A stretch of DNA of 64,000 bases from an uncultured Chloroflexia bacterium (GCA_963813535.1 CAWEZH010000002.1:864001-928000), one strand, 5' to 3'. Shown: positions 50,172 to 60,557, counted from the stretch's first letter. The notes: a model not told the origin generated them from the sequence alone. A program made the numbers and translations.

Positions 50172-51218
50172 GGCAGTCGGCGCGGACGCCTCGCTGGCGG
50201 TGGCGTCGGCGAGGATCGCCTCGACCGCGGCGTGGCCGGGCGTATCGCTGCCCCCGGCGCGGCTCCTCCGGCACAGCTCGAGTGGTGTGAGCCCGGATCC
50301 CGGGTCGCGGAGGTTCGGATCAGCGCCATGGTCCAGCAGGCGCCGGACGCCGGCCGGGCGCCCCTCGCTCGCCGCGGTCCGCAGCGGATGGCCACCGAAG
50401 GCCGGGTCGGTGTCGTCGACCGGCACCCCGACACCGATCAGCCGATCGATGACCTCGAGACGCTGATGGTGCGCCGCCATCACGAGGGCACGAACACGGG
50501 CATCCGGAGGTGTCGTGTCGTCCAACCAGGCGCTGACGTCGCCGGCCGCGGCCGCTTCCTCGATCCCGTGGACCTGCGCCCCCGACGCGATGAGCACGTC
50601 GACGACGGCCGTCATGCCGAACACCGCGGCGTGCAGAAGGGCGGTCCCGCCTGGGATCCCGCCGGCGTCATCGGCCGCCCGAGCCTCGATGTCGGCACCG
50701 GCGCCGATCAGGACGCGGGCGACGTCGGGGTCGCCATAGCTCGCGGCGGTGATCAGCGGCGTCTCGGGGTCACCCGGCTGCCCGTCGACCGGCGCCCCCG
50801 CCGCGAGCAGGGCCGAAGCCATGGCCCCGGTGCGATCGACGTCGCGCCAGGCGCCGCTCGCCGTGTCGAGGCGGAGCATCGCGACGTAGCCCAGTGGTGA
50901 GGCACCCTTGGGATGGTCGCCCCAGTGCTCCATCGTCGTCCACGACAGGTCGGGCTCCTCCGACAGCATCGCCTGCAGCCGTCCGACGTCACCGGCGTCG
51001 AGGATCTCCCGCCGCTCGACGTCGCGCTTGAGGCGAGCCCAGCTCGGGAAGCCGTACTCGCGCGCGATCGCGAGCTGTGCACCGGCGAGCGTCGTCGGGG
51101 CGGAGACGGATCGCAACCGCTCGAGCGCTGGTTGCTCGCCCCCCTTGGCGGCACGGACGAGATCCTTCGCCAGCCGCCGAAGCTGGTCGAGATCAGGACG
51201 GGGTGGCAGCGCCGGCAT
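50166..51218 (-). CDS. Ankyrin-repeat protein with N-terminal helical domain
   Basis: LPPRPDLDQLRRLAKDL...AQLAIAREYGFPSWARL; repeats ETPLITAA, TALLHAA, HPLRTAA, TPLELC. Confidence 0.88.
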   Translation of the reverse strand: MPALPPRPDLDQLRRLAKDLVRAAKGGEQPALERLRSVSAPTTLAGAQLAIAREYGFPSWARLKRDVERREILDAGDVGRLQAMLSEEPDLSWTTMEHWGDHPKGASPLGYVAMLRLDTASGAWRDVDRTGAMASALLAAGAPVDGQPGDPETPLITAASYGDPDVARVLIGAGADIEARAADDAGGIPGGTALLHAAVFGMTAVVDVLIASGAQVHGIEEAAAAGDVSAWLDDTTPPDARVRALVMAAHHQRLEVIDRLIGVGVPVDDTDPAFGGHPLRTAASEGRPAGVRRLLDHGADPNLRDPGSGLTPLELCRRSRAGGSDTPGHAAVEAILADATASEASAPTAL

Positions 51219-51343
51219 CGGACGACTCCTTTCGGCGGCCCGTGGTCCGCGAGCAGGGCTCAAGGAGATCGTCGAGCGCGGTCAACGCGATGGGAGGTGG
51301 ACTCGGTCCTGTCCGCGGACCCGGCGGCGCCCTCCCGAACGCC
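51219..51343 (-). ncRNA. Candidate translational-switch 5' leader
   Basis: Extended -10 TGGTAGGAT (51350-51358); 5' hairpin, 8-bp closing stem, and an 11-bp anti-SD segment complementary to the SD. Confidence 0.55.
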
Positions 51344-51373
51344 GGGCCGATCCTACCACTGGGCGGACGGGCC

Positions 51374-53689
51374 TCAGCGCCGCCTCACGCCGCGCCGCCG
51401 GCGCCGGCGCGGGATCAACCGCAGCAGTTGGACGCGAAGCCGTCGGTGAGCATGGCGGAGGGAGGCGAGCTGCTCGTCGGGCAGCAGGCGTCCGCCGTAG
51501 GCCACGTCGACCTTGGCCTGGGCCACGGTCTCGAGCTCGGGCCGGACCATGGGTAGCTCATCGGCCAGCGCGCCCGCGTACTCGTACACGGTCTGGGTGG
51601 GGCGCGGCCCGAACCCGAGGCGGCTGGCCAACCGGGCGACCGAGCCATAGGCGTCGTCCGCCGAGATGGGTCCGCGCGGCCCACGGCGCCAGGCGACGGC
51701 CGCCAACGAACCGACGATGACAGCCAGCATGATCGTGATCCCGATGAACAGACCGATCGGCGCCTGGTTCTGCGGCCTCGGGCCGACGGAGCCACCTGGG
51801 CCCGCGTCGGCTTCGTCGCGCGGGATGGTCGGGATCGCGGCCCCGGCGGCGCTGCCCGACGGGCCGGGCGAGCCACTCGCGACCGGCTCGCCCGACGGGA
51901 TCGGCGCCAGCTCAGGCCGCGCCGGTCCACCCGTGGGATCGAAGTCGATCCAGCCGTAGCCCGGGAAGTAGGCCTGGACCCACGCATGGGCGTCCGCACT
52001 CTTGACGGTCCGGCCGTTCCCGATCGGGTCGGGTGTGCCGGGCAAGAAACCCTCGACGAAGCGCGCCGGGATGCCGAGTTCGCGCAGGAAGACCGTCATC
52101 GTCGAGGCGTAGTACTGGCAGAAGCCGGCGCGCGTCTGGACGAAGCACTCGACGATAGACGCGTCGTTGCATTGCCGGGCCTCGTCGGTCAGGTCGGTGT
52201 CGTAGGTGAACTCGCTCGGATCGCGAAGGGTCGTCTCGATCGTGTCCGCAAGGTCGTACGGGTTGTCGCTGGGCGCGGCGGCCTGGATCTCCGCCAGGAG
52301 CGCGCGCGCCGCCGGACCGAGGGCGCCTTCGGGCAGCGCCGCCTTGCCATAGAGCGCCTCGACAGCGGCGGGATAGTCCCGCCCGGCTGCCCGCAGACGT
52401 TCCTGCGTCCAGCCGCCTTGGGCCTCCGACGCGCGGACGAGCGCCGTCACCGTGTAGGTCGCGTCGCTCGCGTCGCGCACGATCCCGCTCAGGAACCCGG
52501 CATCACCGGTGAGGTGCAGCCGCGTCGTCGAGCTGAAGGAGGTCGGCGGACCGGGCACGAAGACCTCCCGCCGCGAATAGGCCGGGCTGATCGTGACAGC
52601 GAGCGACCGCCGCCCATCCGCGGTGACCGCCTCGGCGGTGTCGGCGAGGACGTCGCTGCCTGCTTCACGGACGACCTCGGGACCCTCCGCCCGCCGCCAG
52701 CCTCGGAGCTGGAACGCGTCGTAATAGACCGCGGCGAGGAACGGCGGCGATGGCTCGCCCGACGGGAACTCGACATGGAGCTGCGTCTGGTCGCCGGTCG
52801 ACCAGACGTTCTGGATCACCGACGAGTCGCCGAACGTCGGGCCGAACGATCGACCCGAACGCGACGCCGGCAGGAAGCGCTCGAGGAACTGGCCCCACTC
52901 CACGACGCGGGCCCCGACGTCGGTCCACGCTCCCGCAAGTGGCGCGGACGACGCGACGCCGGTCAGCAGGAGCGACCCGGTGATGGCCGCGATGATGAAC
53001 ACCGTCCCACCCCGGAGATACAACGCCGAGATCGCGGTCGGATCGCCGATCCGTCGGCGCAACCAATCGGCCTGCTCGTCGAGCGTGTGGAACCGGACGA
53101 GCAGGAACAGACTCGCGATCGAGAAGATCACCAGATAGGTCAGCTGGTCGCGGACGGTCAGGGCCATGTTGGCGAGCAGCAGCAGCCCGATGATCACGAC
53201 GGCATTGATCGGCCGGCGATGGCCGAAGGCGGCGTAGCTCGCGAACTGCGACGACCCCCACGTCACGAGACCCAGCACGAGCAGGTGATGCCCGGAGTAC
53301 TGGGTGAAGAGCAGCCCGGCCAGGGCGAGATCGGACCAGGCGCCGACGACCTCGTCCGTCGTCTTCTGGAAGAGGATCGCCGGTGCGGCGCCGGTGGGAA
53401 TCATCGCCCAGCCGACGAGCAGCGGGACCAGCAGCGCGGCGAAGACCGCTCCGACGAGGTGGGTCGTCCAGCGGCCCCATCCCGCGAGCGGGCCGATGAA
53501 CCCGGCGACGACACCGCCGATGGCCGCCCAGAACAGGAAGTCGGTGAGCTCGTCCCGCCCAAGGACCAGCAGCGCGTCGTCGAGCGACCAGGCGAGCGTC
53601 GCGCAGATGAGCAGGACGAGGCCGACCGTGAACCAGCCGTCGAGCCGACGCAGCGAATACATCAGGTCACGTCCGTCGCGGGTGGTCAT
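51374..53689 (-). CDS. Membrane transglutaminase-like (TgpA-type) protein
   Basis: N-terminal TM helices, GFCQYYAS, HAWVQAYFPGYGWIDFDPT, C-terminal DUF4129-like region. Confidence 0.9.
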   Translation of the reverse strand: MTTRDGRDLMYSLRRLDGWFTVGLVLLICATLAWSLDDALLVLGRDELTDFLFWAAIGGVVAGFIGPLAGWGRWTTHLVGAVFAALLVPLLVGWAMIPTGAAPAILFQKTTDEVVGAWSDLALAGLLFTQYSGHHLLVLGLVTWGSSQFASYAAFGHRRPINAVVIIGLLLLANMALTVRDQLTYLVIFSIASLFLLVRFHTLDEQADWLRRRIGDPTAISALYLRGGTVFIIAAITGSLLLTGVASSAPLAGAWTDVGARVVEWGQFLERFLPASRSGRSFGPTFGDSSVIQNVWSTGDQTQLHVEFPSGEPSPPFLAAVYYDAFQLRGWRRAEGPEVVREAGSDVLADTAEAVTADGRRSLAVTISPAYSRREVFVPGPPTSFSSTTRLHLTGDAGFLSGIVRDASDATYTVTALVRASEAQGGWTQERLRAAGRDYPAAVEALYGKAALPEGALGPAARALLAEIQAAAPSDNPYDLADTIETTLRDPSEFTYDTDLTDEARQCNDASIVECFVQTRAGFCQYYASTMTVFLRELGIPARFVEGFLPGTPDPIGNGRTVKSADAHAWVQAYFPGYGWIDFDPTGGPARPELAPIPSGEPVASGSPGPSGSAAGAAIPTIPRDEADAGPGGSVGPRPQNQAPIGLFIGITIMLAVIVGSLAAVAWRRGPRGPISADDAYGSVARLASRLGFGPRPTQTVYEYAGALADELPMVRPELETVAQAKVDVAYGGRLLPDEQLASLRHAHRRLRVQLLRLIPRRRRRRGVRRR

Positions 53690-54942
53690 GAGACCAGGAT
53701 CTCGCCGAGCGGCCTATTGGGCCGGAGGGTGTGCGCCGCGAGCTCGTATTCGGCGAGCGCGTGGTTAAGGGCTCGTCGCCGCTTCGCGACGGCTTCATCG
53801 GCGACCGGATCGGCGTGCAGCTGGACGCCCGTGACCTCCGCCCGTGCCTCCGCCTCCGCCTGTGCATATGCGGCAGCGTCGGCGAGGACGACGACGCAAC
53901 CGATGCCCCGTGTGCGCAGGGACGCGAGCGGCCGGATCCACGATGGATCGCTCGATGCGGTGATGACCACGGCCGTCATCCCGCGCCGGAGTCGGCCGAC
54001 CGACGCGATCAGGGTCTCGACGAGCGCGGTGCTCGAATCGGCGTCCACCGCGGCGAGGAGCTGCATCACCTTCTGGTGCTGGCGACCGCCGCGGTCTGCG
54101 GGGAGGTAGGCGGTCCGGCCGGCGTTGACGGTCATGCCGACCGCGCGGTTCTCGGTGAGCGCCTTGTCGGCGATCGACGCAGCGGCGCGGATCATCGCCT
54201 CCGTGGTCGATTCCTCACCACGGCCGGCCTGGATGCCGCGCTGGAGGTCGAGGATGAGCCACGCGTCGGCGGTCTGCTCGAGGTCGAATTCCTTCACCTG
54301 GATGTCGCCATGACGGGCGGTCGACTTCCAGTGGATGCGGTTCATGCTGTCGCCCGGCGCGTAGGGCCGGACCGTCGTCGCCAGCGGGGTCGTCTGGAGC
54401 GTTCGCTCCGGCGAGGCGTGACTGCCCTCGAGGCTGGCGGCCGGCAGACGCCACATCGGCAGCGGCTCGAGGCGCGGGTAGACGACGACGCTGATCCCCT
54501 GCCCCACCGTCGCGGCCGCCTCGAAGAACCCGAACGGATCGGCGGTCCGGATGTGCAGCGGCTCGATCCGGAAGTGGCCGCGCCGGGTGAGCGGCGCACG
54601 GATGAGCCAGGACCGCTCCGCTCGACCGCCAAGGGTGATCGCCCGGCCCGGCAATCCGCCGGGGAGCGTCGTCGGGTTATGGATCTCGAGCCACGGCTTG
54701 GGGAAGCGACTGCTGTTGCGCAGCGTGTACGTGACCCGCATGCGGTCGCCGACGTGGCCGTGCAGCTGACTGACGGCGTACCCCGCCTCGAGCTCCGACA
54801 ACCCAAGCCGGACCAGCACGTACGACCCGCCGACCACGAGGATGCCGAGGTACAGGAGGTAGAACAGGAAGTCGTACCCGGTCGAGAACGCCGCGACAAC
54901 GAGGATCGTGCCCAGGGCGATGGCCTGGAGTCTCCGGAACAT
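53686..54942 (-). CDS. DUF58 domain protein (VWA-like)
   Basis: RRG, DPFGF, VYP, RPYAPGDSMNRIHWKSTAR, VKEF. Confidence 0.92.
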   Translation of the reverse strand: MFRRLQAIALGTILVVAAFSTGYDFLFYLLYLGILVVGGSYVLVRLGLSELEAGYAVSQLHGHVGDRMRVTYTLRNSSRFPKPWLEIHNPTTLPGGLPGRAITLGGRAERSWLIRAPLTRRGHFRIEPLHIRTADPFGFFEAAATVGQGISVVVYPRLEPLPMWRLPAASLEGSHASPERTLQTTPLATTVRPYAPGDSMNRIHWKSTARHGDIQVKEFDLEQTADAWLILDLQRGIQAGRGEESTTEAMIRAAASIADKALTENRAVGMTVNAGRTAYLPADRGGRQHQKVMQLLAAVDADSSTALVETLIASVGRLRRGMTAVVITASSDPSWIRPLASLRTRGIGCVVVLADAAAYAQAEAEARAEVTGVQLHADPVADEAVAKRRRALNHALAEYELAAHTLRPNRPLGEILVS

Positions 54943-54975
54943 CGGTCGACCGGATGAACGCCGGGTGCCGGAGCG

Positions 54976-55983
54976 CTAGGCGCTCGGGCCGGTCTTGACG
55001 CCCGGCGTCGTCGGACGGATCTCCGTCGGGCCGCCACCCGTCGGACGGATGCCGTCGATCGGTGTGGTGTCGAGGATCTCGCGCACGACTTGCGCCGCCT
55101 GCACGTCGTGGATCGACGAGCTCGTCTTGATGATCAGCCGATGGGCGAGCGCGGACTCGGCGAGCGACTTGATGTCGTCGGGGATGACGTAGTCGCGGCC
55201 GAGCAGGCCCGCCAGCGCCTGGCCCGCGCGGTACAGGGCGATCGAGCCACGCGGCGACGCGCCAAGGTAGACGTCGGGATGGGTGCGCGTCGCGCCGACG
55301 ACGCGGACGATGTAATCGGCCACGGTCGAATCGACATAGATCTCGCGGACGGCGTCCTGCAGACCACGCAGGTCCTCGACCCCGAGGACCTCGTCGAGCT
55401 CCTCGAGCGGGTGCGTCCGCTTCTGCTCGTCGAGGATCACGATCTCCTCGATCGGCTGGGGATAGCCGAGCCGGATCCGCAGCATGAACCGGTCGAGCTG
55501 CGCCTCGGGCAGCGCGAACGTGCCCTCGTACTCGATGGGGTTCTGGGTGGCGATGACCAGGAACGGGTCGGGCATCTGGTGGGTGATGCCGTCGATGGTC
55601 GCCTGCCGCTCCTCCATGCTCTCGAGGAGGCTCGACTGCGTCTTCGGCGTGGCCCGGTTGATCTCGTCGGCGAGGACGACCTGGCTCATGATCGGGCCGG
55701 GCCGGAACTCGAACTCCTGGGTCTTCTGGTTGTAGATCGACAGGCCGGTCACGTCGGACGGGAGCAGGTCAGGCGTGAACTGGATGCGCCGGAACGAGCA
55801 GCCCAGGCTGCGGGCGATCGCCTTCGCGAGGACGGTCTTGCCGGTCCCCGGCACGTCCTCGATGAGGAGATGGCCGCGGCACAGCAGGGCGACGAGCGCG
55901 AGACGGACCTCGTGATGCTTGCCGACGATGACGCGCTCGACATTGGCGAGGACCTTGTCCCCGGTCTCCTGGATCTTCGACAT
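54976..55983 (-). CDS. moxR: MoxR-family AAA+ ATPase
   Basis: [52 protein letters not shown]. Confidence 0.95.
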   Translation of the reverse strand: MSKIQETGDKVLANVERVIVGKHHEVRLALVALLCRGHLLIEDVPGTGKTVLAKAIARSLGCSFRRIQFTPDLLPSDVTGLSIYNQKTQEFEFRPGPIMSQVVLADEINRATPKTQSSLLESMEERQATIDGITHQMPDPFLVIATQNPIEYEGTFALPEAQLDRFMLRIRLGYPQPIEEIVILDEQKRTHPLEELDEVLGVEDLRGLQDAVREIYVDSTVADYIVRVVGATRTHPDVYLGASPRGSIALYRAGQALAGLLGRDYVIPDDIKSLAESALAHRLIIKTSSSIHDVQAAQVVREILDTTPIDGIRPTGGGPTEIRPTTPGVKTGPSA

Positions 55984-56180
55984 GAGCCTCTCTCAGAGAA
56001 TGGCGGGTGCGGGGAACCAGCCGTTGATCGGGCACTGGGAACGTGACGAGCCCCTCGGGACGGGAGGTGGTGTCACGGCATAGTACGTCGGCTCCGTGTT
56101 TTCGGTTCCGCGCAGGCAGGGATACACCGCCTCTCCGGATAGGCGTCGACACGTGACGAATCGTTCGATTTCGCCCGCCG

Positions 56181-56414
56181 TCAGCCTCGGAGCAGCGTCA
56201 ATCCGCCGACCCACGCCGTCATGACGCAACCGATGGCGCCCATCGCCGCGAGGAACACCTCCCCACCGACCCACGCGGCGACGGCGACACCGCCGAACGC
56301 GAGCGCCATGACGGCAGCGATCAGGGCCAGTCCGATGCGCTCGATCAGCGGTCGGCGTGGACCTGGCTCGGCCGAATCCGATGGATCCTCGTTCGGTGGC
56401 GCCTCGTCGGTCAC
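56181..56414 (-). CDS. Small two-TM membrane protein
   Basis: GTGA coupling to the PBP gene; two hydrophobic helices. Confidence 0.7.
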   Translation of the reverse strand: MTDEAPPNEDPSDSAEPGPRRPLIERIGLALIAAVMALAFGGVAVAAWVGGEVFLAAMGAIGCVMTAWVGGLTLLRG

Positions 56415-57904
56415 TGACTGCCCTCGAGGTACGTCGTCATCAGGTCGCCCGCGATCGGCGCGGCCACCTCTGCGCCACGTCCCGCCTGCTCGACCAGGAC
56501 AGCGATCGCGATCGTCGGCGCCTCAGCGGGGGCGAAGCCGATGAACCACGAATGGGGCTCTCCACTGCCACCCAGCTCGGCCGTACCGGACTTGCCCGCT
56601 GTCGTGACGCCGGGCACGCGAGCGCCTGTGGTGAACCGCCGTCCGAGCGGTCCTTCGACCGCCTGGACCATCGCCCGGTTGATCGCCGCCGCATCCGCAG
56701 GGTCGACGACGTGCGCCAGGGTCGACGGTCCGATCTGCCGCGTCCCACCGCGACCGCTCAACGCCGTGACGAGCCGCGGCTTCATGAGGTCGCCGCCATT
56801 CGCCACGGTCGCCGCGACCAGTGCCATCTGGAACGGCGTCACGAAGGTCTCGCCCTGGCCGTAGGCGGCGTTGGCCAGCTCGACATCGTCGACGAAGCCG
56901 CCCGGTGCCGAGCCGGATCCGTTCGTCACCTGCGACGGTGCCGTCGGCAGGTCGAAGGGGATGGGCGCGCCGAAGCCGAGCCGCTCGGCCTGCTGCACGA
57001 GCTGGTCCCCGCCGGTCTCGAGGCCGGTCAGCGCATACCAGATGTTGCAGGACACCTCTGTCGCATCGACGAAGTCGAGGCGCTTGGTCCCGGTCTCTGG
57101 ATGATGGCCGTCGCGGATCCGGAACCCTTCGACCAGCAGGCCGTTCTTCTCGGCAGGCGGCTGCTTCGCATAGGTCGTGTCGGGCGTGATCGCGCCCGAG
57201 CCGAGCCCGGCGATGGCCGTCACGATCTTGAACACCGATCCAGGGACATAGCGACCGAGGGTCGACCGAGGAAGCAGCGGTTCGGCGGGGTCGTCGCGGA
57301 GCGCCTCGAACGCCTGGTCCGAGGTCGACGGATCGGTGATCGCCGAGGCTTCGTACGTCGGCGTTGAGGCGAGCGCGAGGACCTCGCCATTACGCGGGTC
57401 GATCATCACGACCGCGCCTCGACGGTTGCCGAGCGCTCGGACGGCGGCGCGCTGCAGGTCCCACGACATCGCGAGGTGGAGGTCCTTCGGGTCGTACGGG
57501 TTCGTCCCGAACTTGCGCAGCGCATCGGCGAGCGGGTCGCCGGCCAGGCCTGCCAACTCGGCGTCGTAGGCGAGTTCCAGCCCCGCCCGGCCATACCGGG
57601 GCGAGGCGTAGCCGACGACGTGGCTGATCTCGGGTCCGCTGTAGCGCCGGTACAACTCCCCGTTGGCGTCCTCCTCGTTGTGGGTCAACACGTTGCCCTC
57701 GCGATCGATGATCGCGCCGCGCGGCACGGTCCGGCTGGCGGCGATGACCGCTGGGTCGTACGGCGACCGGGACAACTCCGACGAGCGGATGACCGCCCAG
57801 TACCCGCCGGCGCCGGCCAGGATGCCGAACGCCAGCGCGAGCACGATCGCCACGTGGACGATCGTCCGTCCCAGGGGTCGGCGGCGGGTCGAGGTCGCCA
57901 GCAT
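56411..57904 (-). CDS. pbpA: Class B penicillin-binding protein (PbpA-like)
   Basis: N-terminal TM, RGAIIDR, PGSVFK (SxxK), SCN, GKSGTA. Confidence 0.9.
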   Translation of the reverse strand: MLATSTRRRPLGRTIVHVAIVLALAFGILAGAGGYWAVIRSSELSRSPYDPAVIAASRTVPRGAIIDREGNVLTHNEEDANGELYRRYSGPEISHVVGYASPRYGRAGLELAYDAELAGLAGDPLADALRKFGTNPYDPKDLHLAMSWDLQRAAVRALGNRRGAVVMIDPRNGEVLALASTPTYEASAITDPSTSDQAFEALRDDPAEPLLPRSTLGRYVPGSVFKIVTAIAGLGSGAITPDTTYAKQPPAEKNGLLVEGFRIRDGHHPETGTKRLDFVDATEVSCNIWYALTGLETGGDQLVQQAERLGFGAPIPFDLPTAPSQVTNGSGSAPGGFVDDVELANAAYGQGETFVTPFQMALVAATVANGGDLMKPRLVTALSGRGGTRQIGPSTLAHVVDPADAAAINRAMVQAVEGPLGRRFTTGARVPGVTTAGKSGTAELGGSGEPHSWFIGFAPAEAPTIAIAVLVEQAGRGAEVAAPIAGDLMTTYLEGSQ

Positions 57905-59335
57905 CAGGCGACCCGCCGTCGTCGCAGACGGTCGCGCCAGCGTCGGACGCCGGCTGGTGGTGGCGGCGGTTCGACGCCCTTGTCGGACAACGCCAGCAGG
58001 AGCCCGACGACGATGGCGTTCACGAGCAGCGACGACCCACCGTAACTGACGAACGGCAACGTGACACCGGTGAGCGGCAGCACCTTGAGGTTGCCGGCCG
58101 CGATGATGAATGCCTGGACGCCGATGACGAGCGCGAGGCCCGTGGCGAGGATCGCCCGGAAGTCGTCGGCGGCGGACGCTCCGATCCGGAGCCCGCGTTC
58201 GATGACCACGAAGAAGAGGCCAAGGATGGCGATGACGCCCACCAGCCCGAGCTCCTCGCCGAGGGCGGCGAGCGGGAAATCGGTATGGACTTCGGGGATC
58301 GGCAGCCGTCCGCCCACCATCGGTAACCCCTCGCCCAGACCCGTGCCGACCAGGCCGCCCCGCGCGAAGGCATGGAGCGACTGGACGATCTGGTAGCCCG
58401 CCCCGAGCGGATCGGCGAAGGGGTCGAGCCAGATCTCGACACGCGCGCGGACATGCGGGAACAGGTCGGCCACCAGCACGCTGCCGACGACGAACAGGAT
58501 CGCGCCGATGACGACCAGGCTGATCCTGACCGGTCGCCGCGTACACCAGGGCGAGGAACACCGCGAAGAAGAGCAATGCCGCACCGAGGTCGCGCTGGAT
58601 CACGACGATCCCGAGGGCGATCGCCCACATCGCGACCATCGGCGCGAGGTACGGCAAGGGAGGCAGGCGGATGGGTCCGAGCCTCGTGTCCTGCTCGATC
58701 AGGAGGGGCCGGTTCTCGGACAGGTACCCCGCGAGGAACACGACGAGGATGACCTTCAGCAGCTCCGACGGCTGACCGGCGAACGGCCCGATGCGGAGCG
58801 TCAGCCGCTGACCGGCGACGTCGGTGCCGAACACGAAGGTGAGCAGCAGGAGACCGATGCCGACCGCCGCCCACGTGTACTTGTACCGTCGCAGCCAGCT
58901 GTCGGAACGGACCACGATGCCGAGCGTCGTCGCGATGGCGAGCCCGAGCAGCAGCCAGATCAGTTGCACGTCCCCGAGGCCCAGCGTCGAACCGCCAAGG
59001 TCCATCGTCACGAGGTCCTGCGGGAGCCGCTGCATCAGGAGGAGCGAGATGCCGCCGAGCAACCCGACCACGGGGAGCAACACCTCGTCGGACCGTCGAC
59101 CCGCCAGGACCTGTGCGATGTGCGCGACGGCGAGCGCCGCGAGGTAGATCGCCATGCCCTCAGGGGCATACACCGTGAGCCGGCCGGTGAGTCCGGCACC
59201 GAGCGAGATGCTTCCGACGACCAGCGCGATGGCGACGATCCCAAGGAGGCGCGCCTCGGTCCACCTCGCCCGGGGATGGATGTCACCCAGGACACGTGGT
59301 AGCTGGACCGGCGCGGGCCTACTGGCTCCAGTCAC
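57904..59335 (-). CDS. rodA: FtsW/RodA/SpoVE SEDS protein, frameshifted near 58528
   Basis: 5' frame has QPSELLK and QRDLG; 3' frame has WLDP, GYQ, IPEVHTDF, EELG and LPLTGVTLPFVSYGGSS; junction ACC GGT (C) AGG ATC has one extra base. Confidence 0.85.
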
Positions 59336-59772
59336 GCGGAACGTGCTCGCTCAAGGCGCAGGCGGACCTGCCCGATCGATACCTCGTCGCCGTACCCGAG
59401 GGGCGCGACCGATGCGATGGCCCGGCCGTTGAGGAAGGTGCCATTGGTGCTCCCGAGGTCCTCGACGTACCAGCTCCGACCCCGGTACGTGAGCACGGCG
59501 TGATCGGCCGATGCGAACGGGTCTTCGACGACGATCGCGTTGTTGACGTCTCGGCCGAGCGTCGTGATGGCGTCGAGATCGAAGGACCGGCCGGCTTCCG
59601 GGTCGCCGCTCGGGGACTCGACGACGATCAGCCGTCCCAGCGCCGCGCCAGGCTCTCGGGCTGCCGCTCGGAGGTCGCGCAGCAACGACCGGACCACCCG
59701 AGCGAGGAAGATGTACAGCAGGGCCAGGAACAGGAGCCGGACGACCCACACCATCAGGAGCAGGCCGTCCAT
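59332..59772 (-). CDS. Membrane FHA-domain protein (FhaB/FipA-like)
   Basis: N-terminal TM, LGR, SADHA, DLGSTNGT. Confidence 0.9.
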   Translation of the reverse strand: MDGLLLMVWVVRLLFLALLYIFLARVVRSLLRDLRAAAREPGAALGRLIVVESPSGDPEAGRSFDLDAITTLGRDVNNAIVVEDPFASADHAVLTYRGRSWYVEDLGSTNGTFLNGRAIASVAPLGYGDEVSIGQVRLRLERARSA

Positions 59773-60557
59773 CAGCTCACGTCCCCGGCGACCTCGACCA
59801 TGATCACGGTGTCACCGAGCTCGATCCGGTCGCCCGCACCGAGGACGAGCTCACCGACCTGCACGCCGTTCACGCGCGAACCGTTGGTGCTGCCGAGATC
59901 GGCGTAGACCAGCGTGCCCCGTCGGCCGGCGATCCTGGCGTGGTGGCGCGATACACGGCTGTCGGACAGCACGAGGTCGTTGTCAGCAGCCCGACCGATG
60001 GTCAGGCCGGACCCGTCGAACTCGTGCACGTGTTCCTGGCCGTCGCGGTCGACGACCCGAAGTCGCGCGGCTGGAGCGGTCGGCCGCGGGACGGTGAACA
60101 CCATCGTGTCGCCGTGGACGGCCACGCTCGGCCCCACATCCTGTCCGCTGTCGCCGACCGGGCTCGGGCTGCCGTGGCTGCCCGCGATCGGATCGGCGAA
60201 CCTGGCCGTGACCCGGATGTCGGTACGCTCCACCGTGGAGTCGCTGAACAGGGTGACGCGCGGTCGATCGACCAGCGTGTAGCGACGAGCCCGGGCGAAC
60301 ACGAGCGCCCCGTCGGCGAGCTCCGACGCAAGGGACGCGGTCATATCCCCGAACCCCTCGAGATCGTCGGGGTTGAGGTGGACGACGAACCGATTCGGGA
60401 CGAGCGTCCGGTCGGCCGTAGCCAGGCGTTCCGCCTCCATCGCCCGCTCGATGCGTCGCTGGAGCTGGACCGGCTGCAGTCGTGCTCGGAACAGGCGTGC
60501 CGATGGACGTTCGAAGAGGCGCTCGAAGAACCGCTCGATGGCGGCGAACGGCGGCAT
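59772..60557 (-). CDS. fhaA: DUF3662 plus FHA domain protein (FhaA-like)
   Basis: ERFFERLFE, LQPV, VPNRFVVHL; IGR, SRHHA, DLGSTNG. Confidence 0.88.
   Translation of the reverse strand: MPPFAAIERFFERLFERPSARLFRARLQPVQLQRRIERAMEAERLATADRTLVPNRFVVHLNPDDLEGFGDMTASLASELADGALVFARARRYTLVDRPRVTLFSDSTVERTDIRVTARFADPIAGSHGSPSPVGDSGQDVGPSVAVHGDTMVFTVPRPTAPAARLRVVDRDGQEHVHEFDGSGLTIGRAADNDLVLSDSRVSRHHARIAGRRGTLVYADLGSTNGSRVNGVQVGELVLGAGDRIELGDTVIMVEVAGDVS

Noticed and set aside
55984-56180. Hairpin (CGTGAC...GTCACG) in the moxR leader
   Set aside because: Single short stem, not clearly linked to the SD, plausible by chance
56411-59335. 974-aa RodA-PBP fusion ORF
   Set aside because: The middle section is out-of-frame sequence; the true RodA C-terminus is in another frame
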